Source of the DNA: Octopus sinensis | Lineage: Eukaryota | Length of the DNA: 64,000 bases | Assembly (NCBI RefSeq): GCF_006345805.1 | Contig: NC_043000.1 | Coordinates: forward strand, 36,704,001-36,768,000 | Direction: 5' to 3' | Part shown: positions 63,496-64,000 of the stretch, piece after piece | Numbering within the stretch: the stretch's first letter is position 1 | Layout of the letters: every line of letters starts with the position of its first letter | The notes under the pieces: generated by a model | The model's database searches: none | What the model saw: only the letters and a program-made list of their open reading frames with translations | Told to the model about the DNA's origin: nothing | Position numbers and translations under genes: made by a program

Positions 63496-64000
63496 AGGCG
63501 ACGAGCTGGCAGAATCGTTAGCACGCTGAACGGAATGCTTAGCGATATTTCACCCGTCGCTCAGATCTGAGTTCAAATTCCACCGAGCGAGGTTGACTTT
63601 GTCTTTCATCCTTTGGGGATCGATAAATTAAGTACCAGTTGAGTACTGGTATCGATCTAATAGACTGGCTCCTTCCCCACAAATTTCAGGGCTTGTTTTA
63701 ATAGTAGAAAGGATTATTATTATTATTGTTGCTGTTGTTAAAGCGGCGCGTTGGCAGAATCATTAGCATACTGGGCAAAATGCCAAATGAAATTTCGCCC
63801 ATCGCTGCGTTCTGAGTTCAAATTCCACCGAGGTCAACTTTGCCTTTCATCCTTTCGGGGTTCATAAATTAAGTACTAGGCGTCGATGTAATCGAGTAGC
63901 CCCTCTCCCACCAAATTCCAGGCTTTGTGCCTATAGTAGAATGGATTATTATTAATATTATTATTATTAAGATGGTGAACTGGCAGAATGCCTTTACTTA
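63495..64000 (+). mobile_element. Tandem SINE family B monomers (63495-63710, 63740-63945, partial from 63968)
   Basis: Repeated ggcgagctggcagaatc-type heads. Confidence 0.8.

Overview
AT-rich, microsatellite-dense eukaryotic DNA. The SINE families resemble those known from octopus, so a cephalopod origin is inferred. I could not identify any intact host protein-coding gene. Nearly all ORFs in the supplied track are microsatellite or SINE read-throughs or decayed transposon coding. The window holds about 40 tRNA-derived SINE copies from four families, decayed LINEs (CR1, RTE, two R4/Dong-like families), a decayed Chapaev3-like transposase, three non-autonomous Helitrons, two piggyBac MITEs and one hAT MITE. 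The main unexpected signal is a set of minimal type-I hammerhead ribozyme (HHR) motifs in about six unrelated short repeat families, often inside fold-back inverted repeats typical of Penelope-like retroelements. They include a tRNA(Thr)-headed SINE carrying a hammerhead and inserted as a head-to-head dimer, a family whose two copies show compensatory base-pair changes, and a variant with a swapped G3-C8 core pair. All structures were folded by eye and none has been tested. SINE and LINE boundaries are approximate (+/- 10-20 nt).
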